A stretch of DNA of 63,453 nt, the filler included, from Chiloscyllium plagiosum (lineage: Eukaryota): assembly GCF_004010195.1 (NCBI RefSeq). It is 5 parts of one record of this genome, joined end to end, with 100 filler letters (N's around TTAATTAATTAA, not from the genome) between each part and the next. Parts side by side here need not be neighbours in the genome. Positions count along the whole stretch, not along the records: positions 1 to 29,094 come from NC_057714.1; positions 29,195 to 40,476 come from NC_057714.1; 3 more parts are not named here. One strand, written 5' to 3'. The first letter of the stretch is position 1, and each line of letters begins with the position of its first letter. Position numbers and translations under genes: made by a program. This document shows, piece after piece, positions 25,047 to 39,059 of the stretch. Under the pieces are notes generated by a model. That model saw only the letters and a program-made list of their open reading frames with translations, did not search any database and was not told the DNA's origin.

Positions 25047-26214
25047 TCCCCTCAGAAGTGGTCACGCTCTTCGAGGCAATGGTCCTCACCACCTTGGGGC
25101 AGAATATAGCAGCCCCAGTAGAGGGTCTACGTAAGTGCTGACAACAACAAGGTGAACACTGCACCAGCTTTACTTGGGTCTAATTTGTCTGGCATTTGGG
25201 GGCATGACCTGCACCTCTCTTACCAACAAACAACAGAGAAACTGGGTGCGAACCCATGCCTCAGAAAGAGGGAGGGACACTTTTCTGTGATTTGACCCCT
25301 CCGACATCTGCTGTAATGAGGCTTGGGTCCTCCACAAATTAATTGCTAAATAGGAAAGGGAGTTAAGGGCATAACCCAGACTTCTTGTAGCTCCCCCTCC
25401 AACATGGAGGGATGAGAAAAAAGGCAGCAATACACCAAGGGGTCTCAGACAGACTCCCCCTCTGTACGAGATCCCTGTCCCCAGAAAAGGGGAACTCCCA
25501 CAAACAAAGCCCAAACCCAATCTGTGCTGCATCTATGGCTGAACCAGCAATTTTATTCGAGACTGCTGGGCACCTAAGATCTGAAACTGGCAAAGGGAAG
25601 GAGCCAACACCCAGGGTACCAGCCTGGCAGCAACAGCTGGAGTGAGAACAGCTGTGGCTTATACATGGACAACCCTGTAATGGATATAGCACCAAGTGCA
25701 TAAGCTGCCACACCGTGGCCAATCAGGAACAGCTCCTGATGCTGTTAAACACCCAACGGCACACGAGGGGACAACCCACCAACCCCCTCCCCACCCCTCT
25801 ACACCCTGCATACGGCGCACATTTCTCCTGCTGTCCCTTTTGTGATTTCTTTTTCCTCGTTGTAGAAAGAAGTGGGGGCAGGAATTGGTGGTGTCACAAA
25901 GCTGGTCCTTTTTTCTAAAAGCTACCAGGGTTTATGGGTTTATGCCTGAAACATTGATTCTCCTGCTCCTCAGATGCTGCCTGACCTGCTGTGCTTTTTC
26001 CTAGTCAGTTATGTCAGATATCTGCCCGGCCTCTCACCTAGCTCAAACAATCTTTGTCTCGCAAAGGAAAGTTCCTCCCTTGCCGTCTGTGTGAGCATGG
26101 AATTCAAAATGGACTGAATAGCCGAGATCTGCTGCAACTTACCCATCGATGGCCTATCAAAATATGCCATCTCAGCTGTCTGCAGTCATGCCTCAAGCAG
26201 GCACTGTTGCTCTC

Positions 26215-29040
26215 AGTAGACAACAGACATTGGTGCAGGAGTAGGCCATTCTGCCCTTCAAGCGTGCACCACCATTCATTATGATCATGGCTGATCATCC
26301 TCAATCAGTATCCTGTTCCTGCCTTATCTCCATAACCCTTGATTCCACTATCCTTGAGAGCTCTATCCAACTCTTTCTTAAATGAATCCAGAGATTGGGC
26401 CGCGACTGCCCTCGGTGGCAGAGCATTCCACACACCCACCACTCTCTGGGTGAAAAAAGGTTCTCCTCATCTCTGTTCTAAATGGCCTACCCCTTATTTT
26501 TAAACTGTGTCCTCTGGTTCGGGACTCACCCATCAGCGGAAACATGTTTCCTGCATCCAGAGTGTCCAATCCTTTAATAATCTTATACGTCTCAATCAGA
26601 TCCCCTCTCAGTCTTCTAAACTCAAGGAAATACAAGCCCAGTCGCTCCAATCTTTCAACATAAGATAGTCCTGCCATTCCAAGAATTGACCTCGTGAACC
26701 TACGCTGCACTTCCTCAATAGCCAGAATGTCATTCCTCAAATTTGGAGACCAGAGCTGCACACAATATTCCAGGTGCGATCTCACCAGGGCCCTGTACAG
26801 CTGCAGAAGAACCTCTTTGCTTCTATACTCAATCCCTCTTGTTACGAAGGCTAGCATGCTATTAGCCTTCTTCATTACCTGCTGTGCCTGCATGCTTGCC
26901 TTCATTGACTGGTGTACAAGAACACCTAGATCTCTTTGTACTGCCCCTTTACCTAACTTGACTCCATTTAGGTAGTAATCTGTCCTCCTGTTCTTGCCAC
27001 CAAAGGGGATAACCACACATTTATCCACATTAAACTGCATCTGCCATGCATCTGTCCACTCACCTTACCTGTCCAGGTCACCCTGTAATCTCCTAACATC
27101 CTCCTCACATTTCACCTGCCACCTAGCTTTGTATCATCAGCAAATTTGCTAATGTTACTATTAATACCATCTTCTGTATTAGTAACATATATTGTAAAAA
27201 GCTGCGGTCCCAGTACTGATCCCTGTGGTACCCCACTGCCATTCCGAAAGGGAGCCGTTTATCACTACTCTTTGTTTCCTGTCAGCCAACCAATTTTCAA
27301 TCCCCCAATAGCATGCATCCTAATTTTGCTCACTAACCTCATATGTGGGACTTTATCAAAAGCTTTCTGAAAGTCCAGGTACACTACATCCACTGGATCT
27401 CCCTTGTCCATCTTCAGAGTTACATCCTCAAAAAATTCAAGAAGGTTAGTCAAGCATGATTTCCCCTTCATAAATCCATGCTGACAACGCAGCCACGATT
27501 GCTCGAGCCACCTCCTTCAGTACCCTGGGATGTAGACCATCAGGTCCCGGAGACTTATCAACCTTCAGACCTAATGGTCTCTCCAACACCAAATCCTGGC
27601 AAATATAAATTCCCTTCAGTTCATGTCCTTCAGCCACTGTTACCTCAGGGAGATTGCTTGTGTCTTCCCCAATGAACACAGATCTGAAGTACCAATTCTA
27701 TTCTTCTGCTATTTCTTTGTTCCCCGTAATATATTCCTATGTTTCTGTCTTCAAGGGCCCAATTTTAGCCTTAGCCATTTCTTTCCCTTTCACATACCTT
27801 AAAAAAGCTTTTACTATCCTCCTTTATATTTTTGGCCAGTTTACCTTCGTACCTCATTTTTTCTCTGTGTATTTCCTTCTTAGTAATTCTCTATTGTTCT
27901 TTAAAAGCTTCCCAGTCCTCCGTTTTCCCACTCATCTTTGCTATGTTATACCTTTTCTCTTTTGACTTTATATGTTTCTTAACTTCCCTCATCAGCCACG
28001 GCCACTCCTGCCTCCTCATAGGATCTTTCTTCCTTTTTGGAATTAACTGATCCTGCATCTTCTGCATTATACACAGAAATATCTGCCATTGTTCCTCCAC
28101 TGTCATCCCTGCTAAGGTATTGCACCATTGAACTTTGGTCAGCTCCTCCCTCATAGCTCCATAGTTCCCTTTATTCAACTGAAATATTGTCACTTCTGAT
28201 TGTCCCCTCTCCCTTTCAAATTGCAGATTGAAGCTTATTGTATTATGGTCACTACTTCCTAATGGCTGCTTCACTTCGAGGTCCCTGACCAATTCTGGTT
28301 CGTTGCACAATACCAGATCCAGAATTGCCTTCTCCCTGATAGGCTCCAGCAGTAACTGTTCGAAGAATCACATCTCGGAGGCACTCCACAAAGTCTCTTT
28401 CTTGAGGCCCAATACCATCCTGATTCTCCCAGTCTTCCTGCATGTTGAAATCCCCCCATAACTGTAGTAACTGTAGTAACATCTTTGTGACAGGCCAATT
28501 TCAGCTCCTGATTCAACTTACACCCTACATCCATACTACTGTTTGGGGGCCTGTAGATAACTCCCATGAGGGTCTTTCTATCCTTAACATTTCTCAGCTC
28601 TATCCATACTGACTCTACATCCCCTGATTCGAGGTCCCCCAGCGCAAGGGACTGAATATCATCCCTTACCAACAGGGCCACCCCACCCCTCTGCCCGTCA
28701 GTCTGTCCTTATGATAGCACGTATAGCCTTCAATATTCATTTCCCAGGCCCTGTCCACTTGAAGCCATGTCTCAGTTATCCCCACAACATCGTGACTGCC
28801 AATTTCCAAAAGAGCCTCAAGCTCATCCATCTTATTTCTAATACTTTGTGCGTTCATACATAGTATTTTCAATTTGTTACTGCCCTCACCCTTCCTATCA
28901 ACCCCTATTTCACTCATCCTTATGGCATCATCCCTTTTTGAGTTTTCTGCTTCATTGATTCCGTTGTCTTTCTTGACTTCCCTTGTACAAACTTTCCCTT
29001 CAATTTCCTTCTATAACTTCCAGTTTATCCCCTCCCCCCA
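26215..29040 (-). mobile_element. CR1 LINE ORF2 (APE endonuclease + RT) with internal deletions
   Basis: CMNAQSIRNK, GITETWL, GVIYRPPN, GSSDHNTI, KSPGPDGLHPRVLKE, YLDFQKAFDKVPH, and the C-terminus at 26378-27040. Confidence 0.93.
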
Positions 29041-29094
29041 ACAAAGGTGTCATCTACATATCTGACCCAGAGTTTGGGTTGAATTTGCGGTAAG

Positions 29095-29194
29095 NNNNNN
29101 NNNNNNNNNNNNNNNNNNNNNNNNNNNNNNNNNNNNNNTTAATTAATTAANNNNNNNNNNNNNNNNNNNNNNNNNNNNNNNNNNNNNNNNNNNN
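29095..29194. other. Artificial scaffold join (44 N + TTAATTAATTAA + 44 N); also at 40477-40576, 50581-50680 and 57625-57724
   Basis: Identical 100-bp structure occurs four times, and the 12-mer has stops in all six frames. Confidence 0.95.
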
Positions 29195-29450
29195 TGCTGA
29201 CTGAGAGGGTGGTGGATATATGGACCGTGCTGACTGAGAGGGTGGTGGATATATGGACCGTGCTGACTGAGAGGGTGGTGGATATATGGACCGTGCTGAC
29301 TGAGAGGGTGGTGGATATATGGACCGTGCTGACTGAGAGGGCGGTGGATATATGGTCCGTGCTGACTGAGAGGGTGGTGGATATATGGACCGTGCTGACT
29401 GAGAGGGTGGTGGATATATGGACTGTGCTGACTGAGAGGGTGGTGGAGGC
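29195..29450. repeat. 33-bp minisatellite derived from a CR1 3' segment
   Basis: Unit gtgctgactgagagggtggtggatatatggacc, about 7.5 copies, running into CR1 tail sequence (RVVEAGTLTTLK). Confidence 0.9.
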
Positions 29451-30409
29451 AGGTACTCTCACAACATTGAAGAACTATCTGGATGAGAGTTTAACATGCC
29501 AGGGTGTAGTAGGCTCTGGACCAAGTGCAGGTAAATGGGATTAGTGTTGGTTGGTGTTTGTTGGTTAGCACAGACATGGTGGGCAAGGGCCTTTTTCTAT
29601 GCTGCATGACCCCAGAACTTGCTGCTCCCCAAATTAACCTGTTCTTGTACAGGTAAAACACTGGCATCTCCCCAACAGTGGAACATTGCCCAGGTATGTC
29701 CTGTACACAAAAGGCAGGACAAATCCTGCTGGACCAATGACTACCTTATCAATCTCCTCTCGATCCTCAGTAAAGTGATGGACGGTGTCTGTAACAGCGC
29801 TATCAAGCAGCACCTGCCCAGCAATAACCTGCTCAGTGACACCCAGTTTGGGTTCTATAGAACACTACAGTGCAGTACAGGCCCTTCGGCCATCGATGTT
29901 GTGCTGACCTGTGGAACCAATGTGAAGCCTATCTAACCTACACTATTCCATTCTTGTCCATATATTTATCCAATGACCATTTAAATGCCCTAAAAGTTGG
30001 CAAGTCTACTACTGCTGCAGGCAGGCCGTTCCACACCCCTACTACTCTCTGAGTAAATAAATCCCTCTGACATCTGTACTATATCTATCACCCCTCAAGT
30101 TAAAGCTATGTCCCCTCGTGCTAGCCATCACCATACCATCCTCGTAAGACCTTCCCTCCATACCAGGCAACATCCGAGTAAATCTCCTCTGCACCCTTTC
30201 CAAAGCTTCCATATCCTTCCAATACTATGGTGATCAGAACTGTAACTGAGTGCCAGGGCCACTCAGCTCATGACCTTATTACAGCCTTGGTTCAAACATG
30301 GAAGAAACAGCTGGATTCAAGAGGGGAGGGGAGAACCCTTGACATCTGGGTTCCATTCAACCAAGTGTGGCATCAGAAAACTAACAAAAGCTCTAACAAA
30401 ACTGGAATC

Positions 30410-33095
30410 AGTTGAAGGTCACCTCAGATTACAATGGGATCTTGATCAGATGGGCCAATGGGCTGAGAAGTAGNNNNNNNNNNNNNNNNNNNNNNNNNNN
30501 NNNNNNNNNNNNNNNNNNNNNNNNNNNNNNNNNNNNNNNNNNNNNNNNNGATAGTGAAGGATGTGGAATCATTGGAAAAGGTGCAGAGGAGATTTACCAG
30601 GATGTTGCCTGGTCTGGAGGGAAGGTCTTATGAGGAAAGGCTGAGACTTGGGTCTGTTCTCATTGGAGAGAAGAAGGCTAAGCGGCAATCTAATAGAGAC
30701 ATACAAGATGATCAGAGGATTAGATAGGGTGGACAGTGATGTTGACATCAGCTTATACGGGGGGGTGCCATAACTACAAATTGATTTAAGACAGATTTAA
30801 GACAGATTTAAGACAGATGTCAGAGGCAGGTTCTTTACTCAGAGAGTGGTAAGGGTGTGGAATGCCCTGCCTGCTAATGTAGTTAACTCAGACACATTAG
30901 GGAGATTTAAACCATCCTTAGATAAGCACATGGATGATATTGGGTTGGTGTAGGGGGACGAGCTGAGAATAGTTCACAGGTCGGCGCAACATCAAGGGCC
31001 GAAGGGCCTGTTCTGCGCTGTATTGTTCTATGTACTATGAATAAGGCGTTTGGTATGCTTTCCTTTATTGGTCAGAGTATTGAGTACAGGAGTTGGGAGG
31101 TCATGTTGCGGCTGTACAGGACATTGGTTAGGCCACTGTTGGAATATTGCGTGCAATTCCTATCGGAAGGATGTTGTGAAACTTGAAAGGGCTCAGATAA
31201 AATTTACAAGGATGTTGCCAGGGTTGGAGGGTTTGAGCTACGGGGAGAGGTTAAGAAGAACAAAGGCCATCCAAGCCTGAGCTGATCCAAATCCACTGTC
31301 TAAACCTATCGCCCAATTCCTTAGCATCTGTATCCCTCTGCTCCCCATGCTGTTGAATCGGTGAGGGCTGTTTTCCCTGGAGCGTCGGAGGCTGAGGGGT
31401 GACCTTATAGAGGTTTACGAAATTATGAGGGGCATGGATAGGGTAAATAGACAAAGTCTTTTTCCTGGGATCGGGGACTCCAGAACTAGAGGGCATAGGT
31501 TTAAAGTGAGAGGGGAAGGATATAAAAGAGACCAGAGGGGCAACTTTTTCACACAGAGGGTGGTACGTGTATGGAATGAGCTGCCAGAGGATGTGATGGA
31601 GGCTGGTACAATTGCAACATTTAAGAGGCATTTGGATGGGTATATGAATAGGAAGGGTTTGGAGGGATATGGGCCTGGTGCTGGCAGGTGGGACTAGATT
31701 GGGTTGGGATATCTGGTTGGCATGGACGGGTTGGACCGAAGGGTCTATTTCCATACTGTACATCTTTATGACTCTATCAGTGGGCAAATTCTCTGCTGGT
31801 GGGCATCATACCGGGCACATAAGAAGATGTTTCTGATTGCTGGAAGTCAGTCATTTCCAATTTGGGTTATTCACTGAAGGACTTTGTCAGGATAATGTCA
31901 TAGAGTCATACAGCATGGAAACAGACCCTTCGGTCCAACTCATCCATGCTGACTCAGTTTACCTCACTAAACTAGTCTCACTTGCCTGCGTTTGGCCCAT
32001 ATCCCCCCAAACCTTTCCTGACCAAATTTCTTTTAAATATCGGAACTGTACCAGCATCTATCACTACCTCTGGCAAGTCACTCCACATATGAACCACCCT
32101 CTGTGTGTGAACATTGTCCCTCAGGTTCCTTTTAAATTTTTCTCCTCTCACCTTAAGAATATGCCCCTTAGTTCTGAACTCCCCACTCTCAGGAAAAGAT
32201 CTTTGCCAATCACCTTATCTATGCCCATTGTGTTATTATAAACCTGTATAAGGTCATCCTTCGGCCTTCCACTCTCCAGGAAAAACAGTCCCAGCCTATC
32301 CAGCCTCTCCTTATAACTCAACACCTCCAGACCCGGCAACATTTTTGTTATTATTTTTCTGAACTCTCTCTAATGTAATAATATCCTTTCTCTCACACAA
32401 TGACCACAATTATACACCCCATAAGTGGCTTCACCAATGTTCTATACAACCTCAACATGACGTTCCAACTCCTGTACTCCGTGGCCTGAGCAATGAAGGG
32501 AAGCTTGCTAAATACGTCCTTCACCACCCTGTCTACCTGTGATGCAACTTTCAACGAATTATGTACGTGAACCCCGAGGTCTCTCTGTTTGATAACACGA
32601 CCCAGGACCGTGTTATTAACTGTATAAGCCTTGCCCTTGTTCTTTTTACCAAAATGCAATAATTTGCACTTATCCAAATTCAACTTCATCTGTCACACCT
32701 CAGCCCATTGATCCAAATAGAACATAGAACACAGAACATTACAGCGCAGTACAGGCCCTTCGGCCCTCGATGTTGCGCCGCCCTGTCATACCAATCTGAA
32801 GCCCATCCCACCTACACTATTCCATGTACGTCCATATGCCTGTCCAATGACGACTTAAATGCACTTAAACTTGGCGAATCTACTACCATTGCAGGCAAAG
32901 CATTCCATACCCTTACTACTCTCTGAGTAAAGAAACTACCTCTGACATCTGTCTTATACCTATCCCCTCTCACTTTAAAGTTGTGTCCACTCGTGTTTGC
33001 CGTCTCCATACTTGGAAAAAGGCTCTCCCTGTCCACCCTATCTAACCCTCTGATTATCTTGTATGTCTCTATTAAGTCACCTCTTAACCTTCTTC
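30410..33095. mobile_element. Cluster of CR1 3' fragments on both strands
   Basis: ORFs 31050-31280 and 31425-31697 (+); 32148-32342, 32393-32689 and 32812-33095 (-). Confidence 0.85.
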
Positions 33096-33495
33096 TGAGG
33101 GAATGCTGCACTATCGGAGGGTCAGTGCTGAGGGAGTGCCGCACAGTCAGAGGGTCAGTGCTGAGGTAGTGCCGCACTGTCGGAGGGTCAGTGCTGAAGG
33201 AGTGCCGCACTGTCGGTGGGTCAGTGCTGAGGGAGCGCCGCATTGTCGGAGGGTCAGTGCTGAAGGAGTGGGCACTGTAGGAGGGTCAGTGCTGAAGGAG
33301 TGCCGTGCTGTTGGCGGGTCAGTGCTGAGGAAGTGCCGCACTGTCAGAGGGTCAGTGCTGAGGGAGTGGGCACTGTCGGAGGGTCAGTGCTGAGGGAGTG
33401 CCGCACTGTCGGAGGGTCAGTGCTGAGGGAGTGCTGCACTGTCGGAGGGTCAGTGCTGAGGGAGTGCTGCACTGTCAGAGGGTCAGTACACTGAG
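33096..33495. repeat. 33-bp minisatellite, about 12 copies
   Basis: Unit gagggtcagtgctgagggagtgccgcactgtcg. Confidence 0.9.
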
Positions 33496-33715
33496 TTGCT
33501 GTGATTTGGATTCTGCCGTTATCCCACTTGGAGAAAGGCAGTGAGTCCCCTCTGACATCTGGCTATTAATTGTTGCACTGTTCACATCTCTGAATGGTGG
33601 GATCCTGCTGTGTGCAAAGTTGTGGCTGTGTTTTGTCTTCTGTCAGGCTGCCTGTGGAAGCAGAGGTTGTTGCACTGTGAGTGGGTCTGTCTGGAGTTGG
33701 TTCCAGTAGATGTTC

Positions 33716-33946
33716 TGGATCAGTGGTGCTGGAAGAGCACAGCAATTCAGGCAGCATCCGAGGACAGGCAAAATCGACGTTTCGGGCAAAAGCCCTTCAT
33801 CAGGAATGAGAGCGGCAGGGAGTGAATGAAGGGCTTTTGCCCGAAACGTCGATTTTGCCTGTCCTTGGATGCTGCCTGAATTGCTGTGCTCTTCCAGCAC
33901 CACTGATCCAGAATCTGGTTTCCAGCATCTGCAGTCATTGTTTTTA
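33716..33946. mobile_element. Fold-back mini PLE (two inverted termini) with 14-bp TSD
   Basis: About 33712-33800 is the reverse complement of about 33826-33913. TSD tccagt(a/g)gatgttc at 33702-33715 and 33947-33960. Confidence 0.85.
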
Positions 33947-36036
33947 TCCAGTGGATGTTCCCTACAAGCAGTGCATTGTCTGCTGCCTGTCCTCCCAATG
34001 AGGTATGTTGGGCCCAGCACCCTGTACCCTACTTGTTCCGTGAGCATGTGACTCTCCTCCCATACCCATTCCCTCCCCTTCCCTATTTGACGTTCCATTT
34101 ATTGCTTGCCCTTACAAGGTGTCCTGCACTCTTGAAAGTTTCATCCCTGAGCTGTAACTTTAAAAGGGAAAATGTTCAGTTCCTGTTTACTGACACTCAC
34201 TGAATGGCACACTGAGAGAAAGCAGACTTCCACTGCTCGCACCTCAGCTCCAATGCCCTCACTGGCTTTCCCTCTTCCTCCTTCACTCTCGCCCTCCCTC
34301 TCATTCTCCCTCTCTCCCTCCCCCTCCCCCCTTTCTCTCCCTCCCGCTCTCTTGCCCTCTCCCTCCCTCCCTCCCTCTTCTCTCTCACCCTCCCCTCCCT
34401 CACTCTCTCCCCATCCCTCTCTCATTCCCCCTCTCTCTCTCTCTCTCACCCTCCACCTCCCCCTCTCCCACTCTCTCATCCTCTCCCTCTCTCTCCCTTA
34501 TACTTACCCCACCTTCACCTCTCCCTCCTCTCTCATTTTCCTGGGCTCCCTCATTTTCTCTATCTTCACTGTCTTTGCTCTCTCCCTCTGTACCCCAGCC
34601 CTCTGTTTCCTGGCCCCCAGTAAGAGGTAGGGATATGCTGACTGCCTTGGGAAAGCCAGTTGGGGAAGGCAGTATGGTTTCCTCACTGAAACAGAGTCAT
34701 TCTGATGGTCAGTCACTGATCCCCTCACTCAGTGTTTGGGATTGGCGGAGTTGTGAGCTTCATGTAGAGGGGAAGGCAGATTGGTTTCACATGCAGAAAC
34801 AGGAAACAAATTAATTAAATAGATAGCCAGGGACTTGACAAATTGCAGGTCCAGAACCCAATCAAAACATGGACAGAATTCATCCAATGGGAAGCAGATG
34901 AGAATTCCCTCCCTCAGGGACGTTGTGGGTCTACCCACAGCACATGGACTGCAGCGGGTCAACAAGGCAGCTCACCCCCACCTTCTCAAGGGGGCAACTA
35001 GGGACGGGCAATAAATACTGGACCCAGCCAGTGATGTCTACACCCCATTTATAAAGAGAAAACATGATTTCCCTTTCACTAACCAACGTTGATTCTGCCT
35101 GGTCGCCTCGAACTTAGTGTCCTGTTATTATGGCTTTAATAATAGCTTCTAAATTTTTCCGATGACAGATGTTAAGCTGACTGTCCTGTAGTTTCCTGCT
35201 CTGTGTCTCTTCCTCTTTTTGAATAAAGAAGTTATATTCAATATTTTCCAATCTAATGGAGCCTTCCCCAACTCCAGGGAGTTTAGGAAAATTAAAACCA
35301 ATGTATCAACCATCTCAGTGGGCACTTTGTTAAAGACCCTGGGATGAAGTCCGTCAGGAGACAACAGTTGACAGACACAGCTCCAACAATTTCCACAGTA
35401 ACATCTCAACTTGTCAGCACAGGGAACCTTCTGGAATCAGACTGCCTCCAGGGAGCCAACGACATTGACTCCTCAAAGCACTTATTCGCTTCTGCTCTCT
35501 CCCACATTCACCATCTCTCTCCGGCACTCTCTCTTCCGTCCTACACTGCTTCTCTCTTTCTCCCTCTCTCTCACGCAATCACACACTCCCTCTCTCTCTC
35601 ACACTCACACACTCCCTCTCTCTCACACACACACACACACACTCCCTCTCTCTCTCACACACACACACACACTCCCTCTCTCTCACACACACACACACNN
35701 NNNNNNNNNNNNNNNNNNNNNNNNNNNNNNNNNNNNNNNNNNNNNNNNNNNNNNNNNNNNNNNNNNNNNNNNNNNNNNNNNNNNNNNNNNNNNNNNNNNN
35801 NNNNNNNNNNNNNNNNNNNNNNNNNNNNNNNNNNNNNNNNNNNNNNNNNNNNNNNNNNNNNNNNNNNNNNNNNNNNNNNNNNNNNNNNNNNNNNNNNNNN
35901 NNNNCTCTCTCTCACACACACACTCTCTCTCACACACACTCTCTCTCACACACACACTCTCTCTCACACACACACCCTCTCTCTCGCACACACACTCTCT
36001 CTCACACACACATATCTCTCATTTCTGGCCCATTAC

Positions 36037-36127
36037 CTTTGTATTTCTCCCTGACGTCCTCAAACGCCTGTATGAAATCCTCCTCCTGTGCGTCGGGCGG
36101 CAGATTCCAGGGGCTGCATACAGCCAT
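36037..36127 (-). CDS. Spectraplakin alternative first coding exon (plectin-1f / dystonin 'EDVxExYK' type)
   Basis: Encodes MAVCSPWNLPPDAQEEDFIQAFEDVREKYK + G, followed by donor AG|GTAATG. Closely resembles plectin 1f (..DEQDFIQAYEEVREKYK-DERD) as I recall it. The phase-1 end completes GAT (Asp) with the exon at 59837. Confidence 0.85.
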
Positions 36128-37149
36128 GGGGGGAGCAGCAGCCTGGGTTGTGCCCTCTCCTCCTCTGACTGCTCCTACTCGACACTGACCAGCTCTAATC
36201 CAACTTTCAACCAACACCCCCACCCCTTAAAGGGACACAGCAGAATGACACCGAGATCTGATATGATTATATAAATAGCTAGAGATATACAGACAGACAG
36301 AGAAAGGCGGAGGGAGATAGAGATAGACAGATTGAGAGAGAAAGAGACAGAGATTGTGAGAGAAAGAGAGAGAGAGAAAGAGAGAGACTGAGGAGAGAAA
36401 GTCATAAAGTATTTGGTCCAAACTGTCCATGCGACTATGTTGCTAAACTAGTTCCACCTGCTCGTGTTTGGACCAGATTCCTCCAAACCTTTTCTAGTCA
36501 TGTACTTATCCAAATGTTTTTTAACTGCATTCACCACCTCCTCTGGGAATTCACTCCACACACGAACGACTCATTGTGTAAAAACCTTGCTCCTTTTTAA
36601 ATCTTTCTCCTCTCACCATATAAATATGCCCTCTATTTTTGAAATCCCCCACCCTAGGGTAAACACTTTTGCTATTCACCTTATCCATGCCCCTCATGAT
36701 TTTATAAACCTCTATAAGGTCACCCTCAACCTCCTACGCTCCAGTGAAAAAAGTCCCAGCCTGTCCAGCTTATTTTTATAACGTAAACGCTCCAATCCCG
36801 GCAACATTGTGCTAAATCTTTTCTGAACCCTCTCCAATTTAATAATATCCTTCCTATAGCAGAAGAGACACAGTGAGAGAGAGAGAGAGAGAGAATGAGA
36901 GAGAACATTGAGAGAGAGAGACAGGCTGATGAGAGAGAGAAAGAAAAGTAAAGAGGGATGGTAAAATTCAGAGAGAGGGTTACAGTGACCCGAAAGGAGA
37001 GAGAAAGAAACAGATGGCATTAGGATATGCGTGTGTGTGTGTGTGTCTGTGTGTGTGTGTGTGTGTGAGTGTGTGTGTGAGGGTGTGTGTGTGTGTGTGT
37101 GTGAGTGTGTATGTGAGTGTGTGTGTGTGTGTTTAGATTAGATTACCTA

Positions 37150-38016
37150 CAGTGTGGAAACAATAGACAATAGACAATAGGTGCAGGAGTAGGCCATTCT
37201 GCCCTTCAAGCTTGCATCACCATTCAGTATGATCATGGCTGATCATCCTTAATCAGTATCCTGTTCCTGCCTGATCTCCATAACTCTTGATTCCACAATC
37301 TTTGAGAGCTCTATCCAACTCTTTCTCAAATGAATCCAGAGACTGGGCCTCCACTGCCCTCTGGGCCATCCATGAGCCTCCCAGCTCACAGTAAGGTCGG
37401 CAAGATCCAGGGACACACAAGACAGTGCAGGTGAAAGACCCAACAAACAGCATGATAGAGTTAATTATAGGAAAAAAGGAGTCCTTTCCGGGTAACTAGA
37501 GACCAGTGAGCCTGACAGCAATAGACAAGAGGTGGAGGAGTAGGCCATTCTGCCCTTCGAGCCTGCACCGCCATTCAATATGATCATGGCTGATCATTCC
37601 TAATTAGTATCCTGTTCCTGCCTTATCTCCATAACCCTTGATTCCACTATCCTTGAGAGCTCTATCCAACTCTTTCTTCAATGAATCCAGAGACTGGGCC
37701 TCCACTGCCCTCCGGGGCAGAGCTTTCCACACAGCCACCACTCTCTGGGTGAAGACGTTTCTCCTCATCTCTGTCCTAAATGGTCTACCCCGTATTTTTA
37801 AGCTGCGTCCTCTGGTTCGGCACTCACCCATCAGCGGAAACATGTTTCCTGCCTCCAGAGTGTCCAATCCTTTAATAATCTTATATGTCACAATCAGATC
37901 CCCTCTCAGTCTTCTAAACTCAAGGGTATACAAGCCCAGTCGCTCCAATCTTCCAACATAAGATAGTCCTGCCATTCAAGGAATTGACCGCGTGAACCTA
38001 CGCTGCACTCCCTCAA
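37150..38016 (-). mobile_element. CR1 3' ends (two copies)
   Basis: ORF 37604-37975 LERLGLYTLEFRRLRGDL...; near-identical to the tail at 26215-26720. Confidence 0.88.
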
Positions 38017-39059
38017 NNNNNNNNNNNNNNNNNNNNNNNNNNNNNNNNNNNNNNNNNNNNNNNNNNNNNNNNNNNNNNNNNNNNNNNNNNNNNNNNNNNN
38101 NNNNNNNNNNNNNNNNNNNNNNNNNNNNNNNNNNNNNNNNNNNNNNNNNNNNNNNNNNNNNNNNNNNNNNNNNNNNNNNNNNNNNNNNNNNNNNNNNNNN
38201 NNNNNNNNNNNNNNNNNNNNNNNNNNNNNNNNNNNNNNNNNNNNNNNNNNNNNNNNNNNNNNNNNNNNNNNNNNNNNNNNNNNNNNNNNNNNNNNNNNNN
38301 NNNNNNNNNNNNNNNNNNNNNNNNNNNNNNNNNNNNNNNNNNNNNNNNNNNNNNNNNNNNNNNNNNNNNNNNNNNNNNNNNNNNNNNNNNNNNNNNNNNN
38401 NNNNNNNNNNNNNNNNNNNNNNNNNNNNNNNNNNNNNNNNNNNNNNNNNNNNNNNNNNNNNNNNNNNNNNNNNNNNNNNNNNNNNNNNNNNNNNNNNNNN
38501 NNNNNNNNNNNNNNNNNNNNNNNNNNNNNNNNNNNNNNNNNNNNNNNNNNNNNNNNNNNNNNNNNNNNNNNNNNNNNNNNNNNNNNNNNNNNNNNNNNNN
38601 NNNNNNNNNNNNNNNNNNNNNNNNNNNNNNNNNNNNNNNNNNNNNNNNNNNNNNNNNNNNNNNNNNNNNNNNNNNNNNNNNNNNNNNNNNNNNNNNNNNN
38701 NNNNNNNNNNNNNNNNNNNNNNNNNNNNNNNNNNNNNNNNNNNNNNNNNNNNNNNNNNNNNNNNNNNNNNNNNNNNNNNNNNNNNNNNNNNNNNNNNNNN
38801 NNNNNNNNNNNNNNNNNNNNNNNNNNNNNNNNNNNNNNNNNNNNNNNNNNNNNNNNNNNNNNNNNNNNNNNNNNNNNNNNNNNNNNNNNNNNNNNNNNNN
38901 NNNNNNNNNNNNNNNNNNNNNNNNNNNNNNNNNNNNNNNNNTGTGTGTCTGTTTGTGTGTGTGTGTGTCTGTGTGTGCGTGTGTGTGTGTGTGTGCGTGT
39001 GTGTGTGTCTGTTTGTGTGTATGTCTGTTTGTGTGTGCGTGTGTGTTGGAGGGGTGGAA

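Noticed and set aside
29139..29150. TTAATTAATTAA palindrome inside N runs (four occurrences)
   Set aside because: Artificial scaffolding spacer, not biological.
29195..33495. 33-bp periodic arrays as possible CRISPR arrays
   Set aside because: Head-to-tail repeats without unique spacers, in a vertebrate context, with no cas genes.
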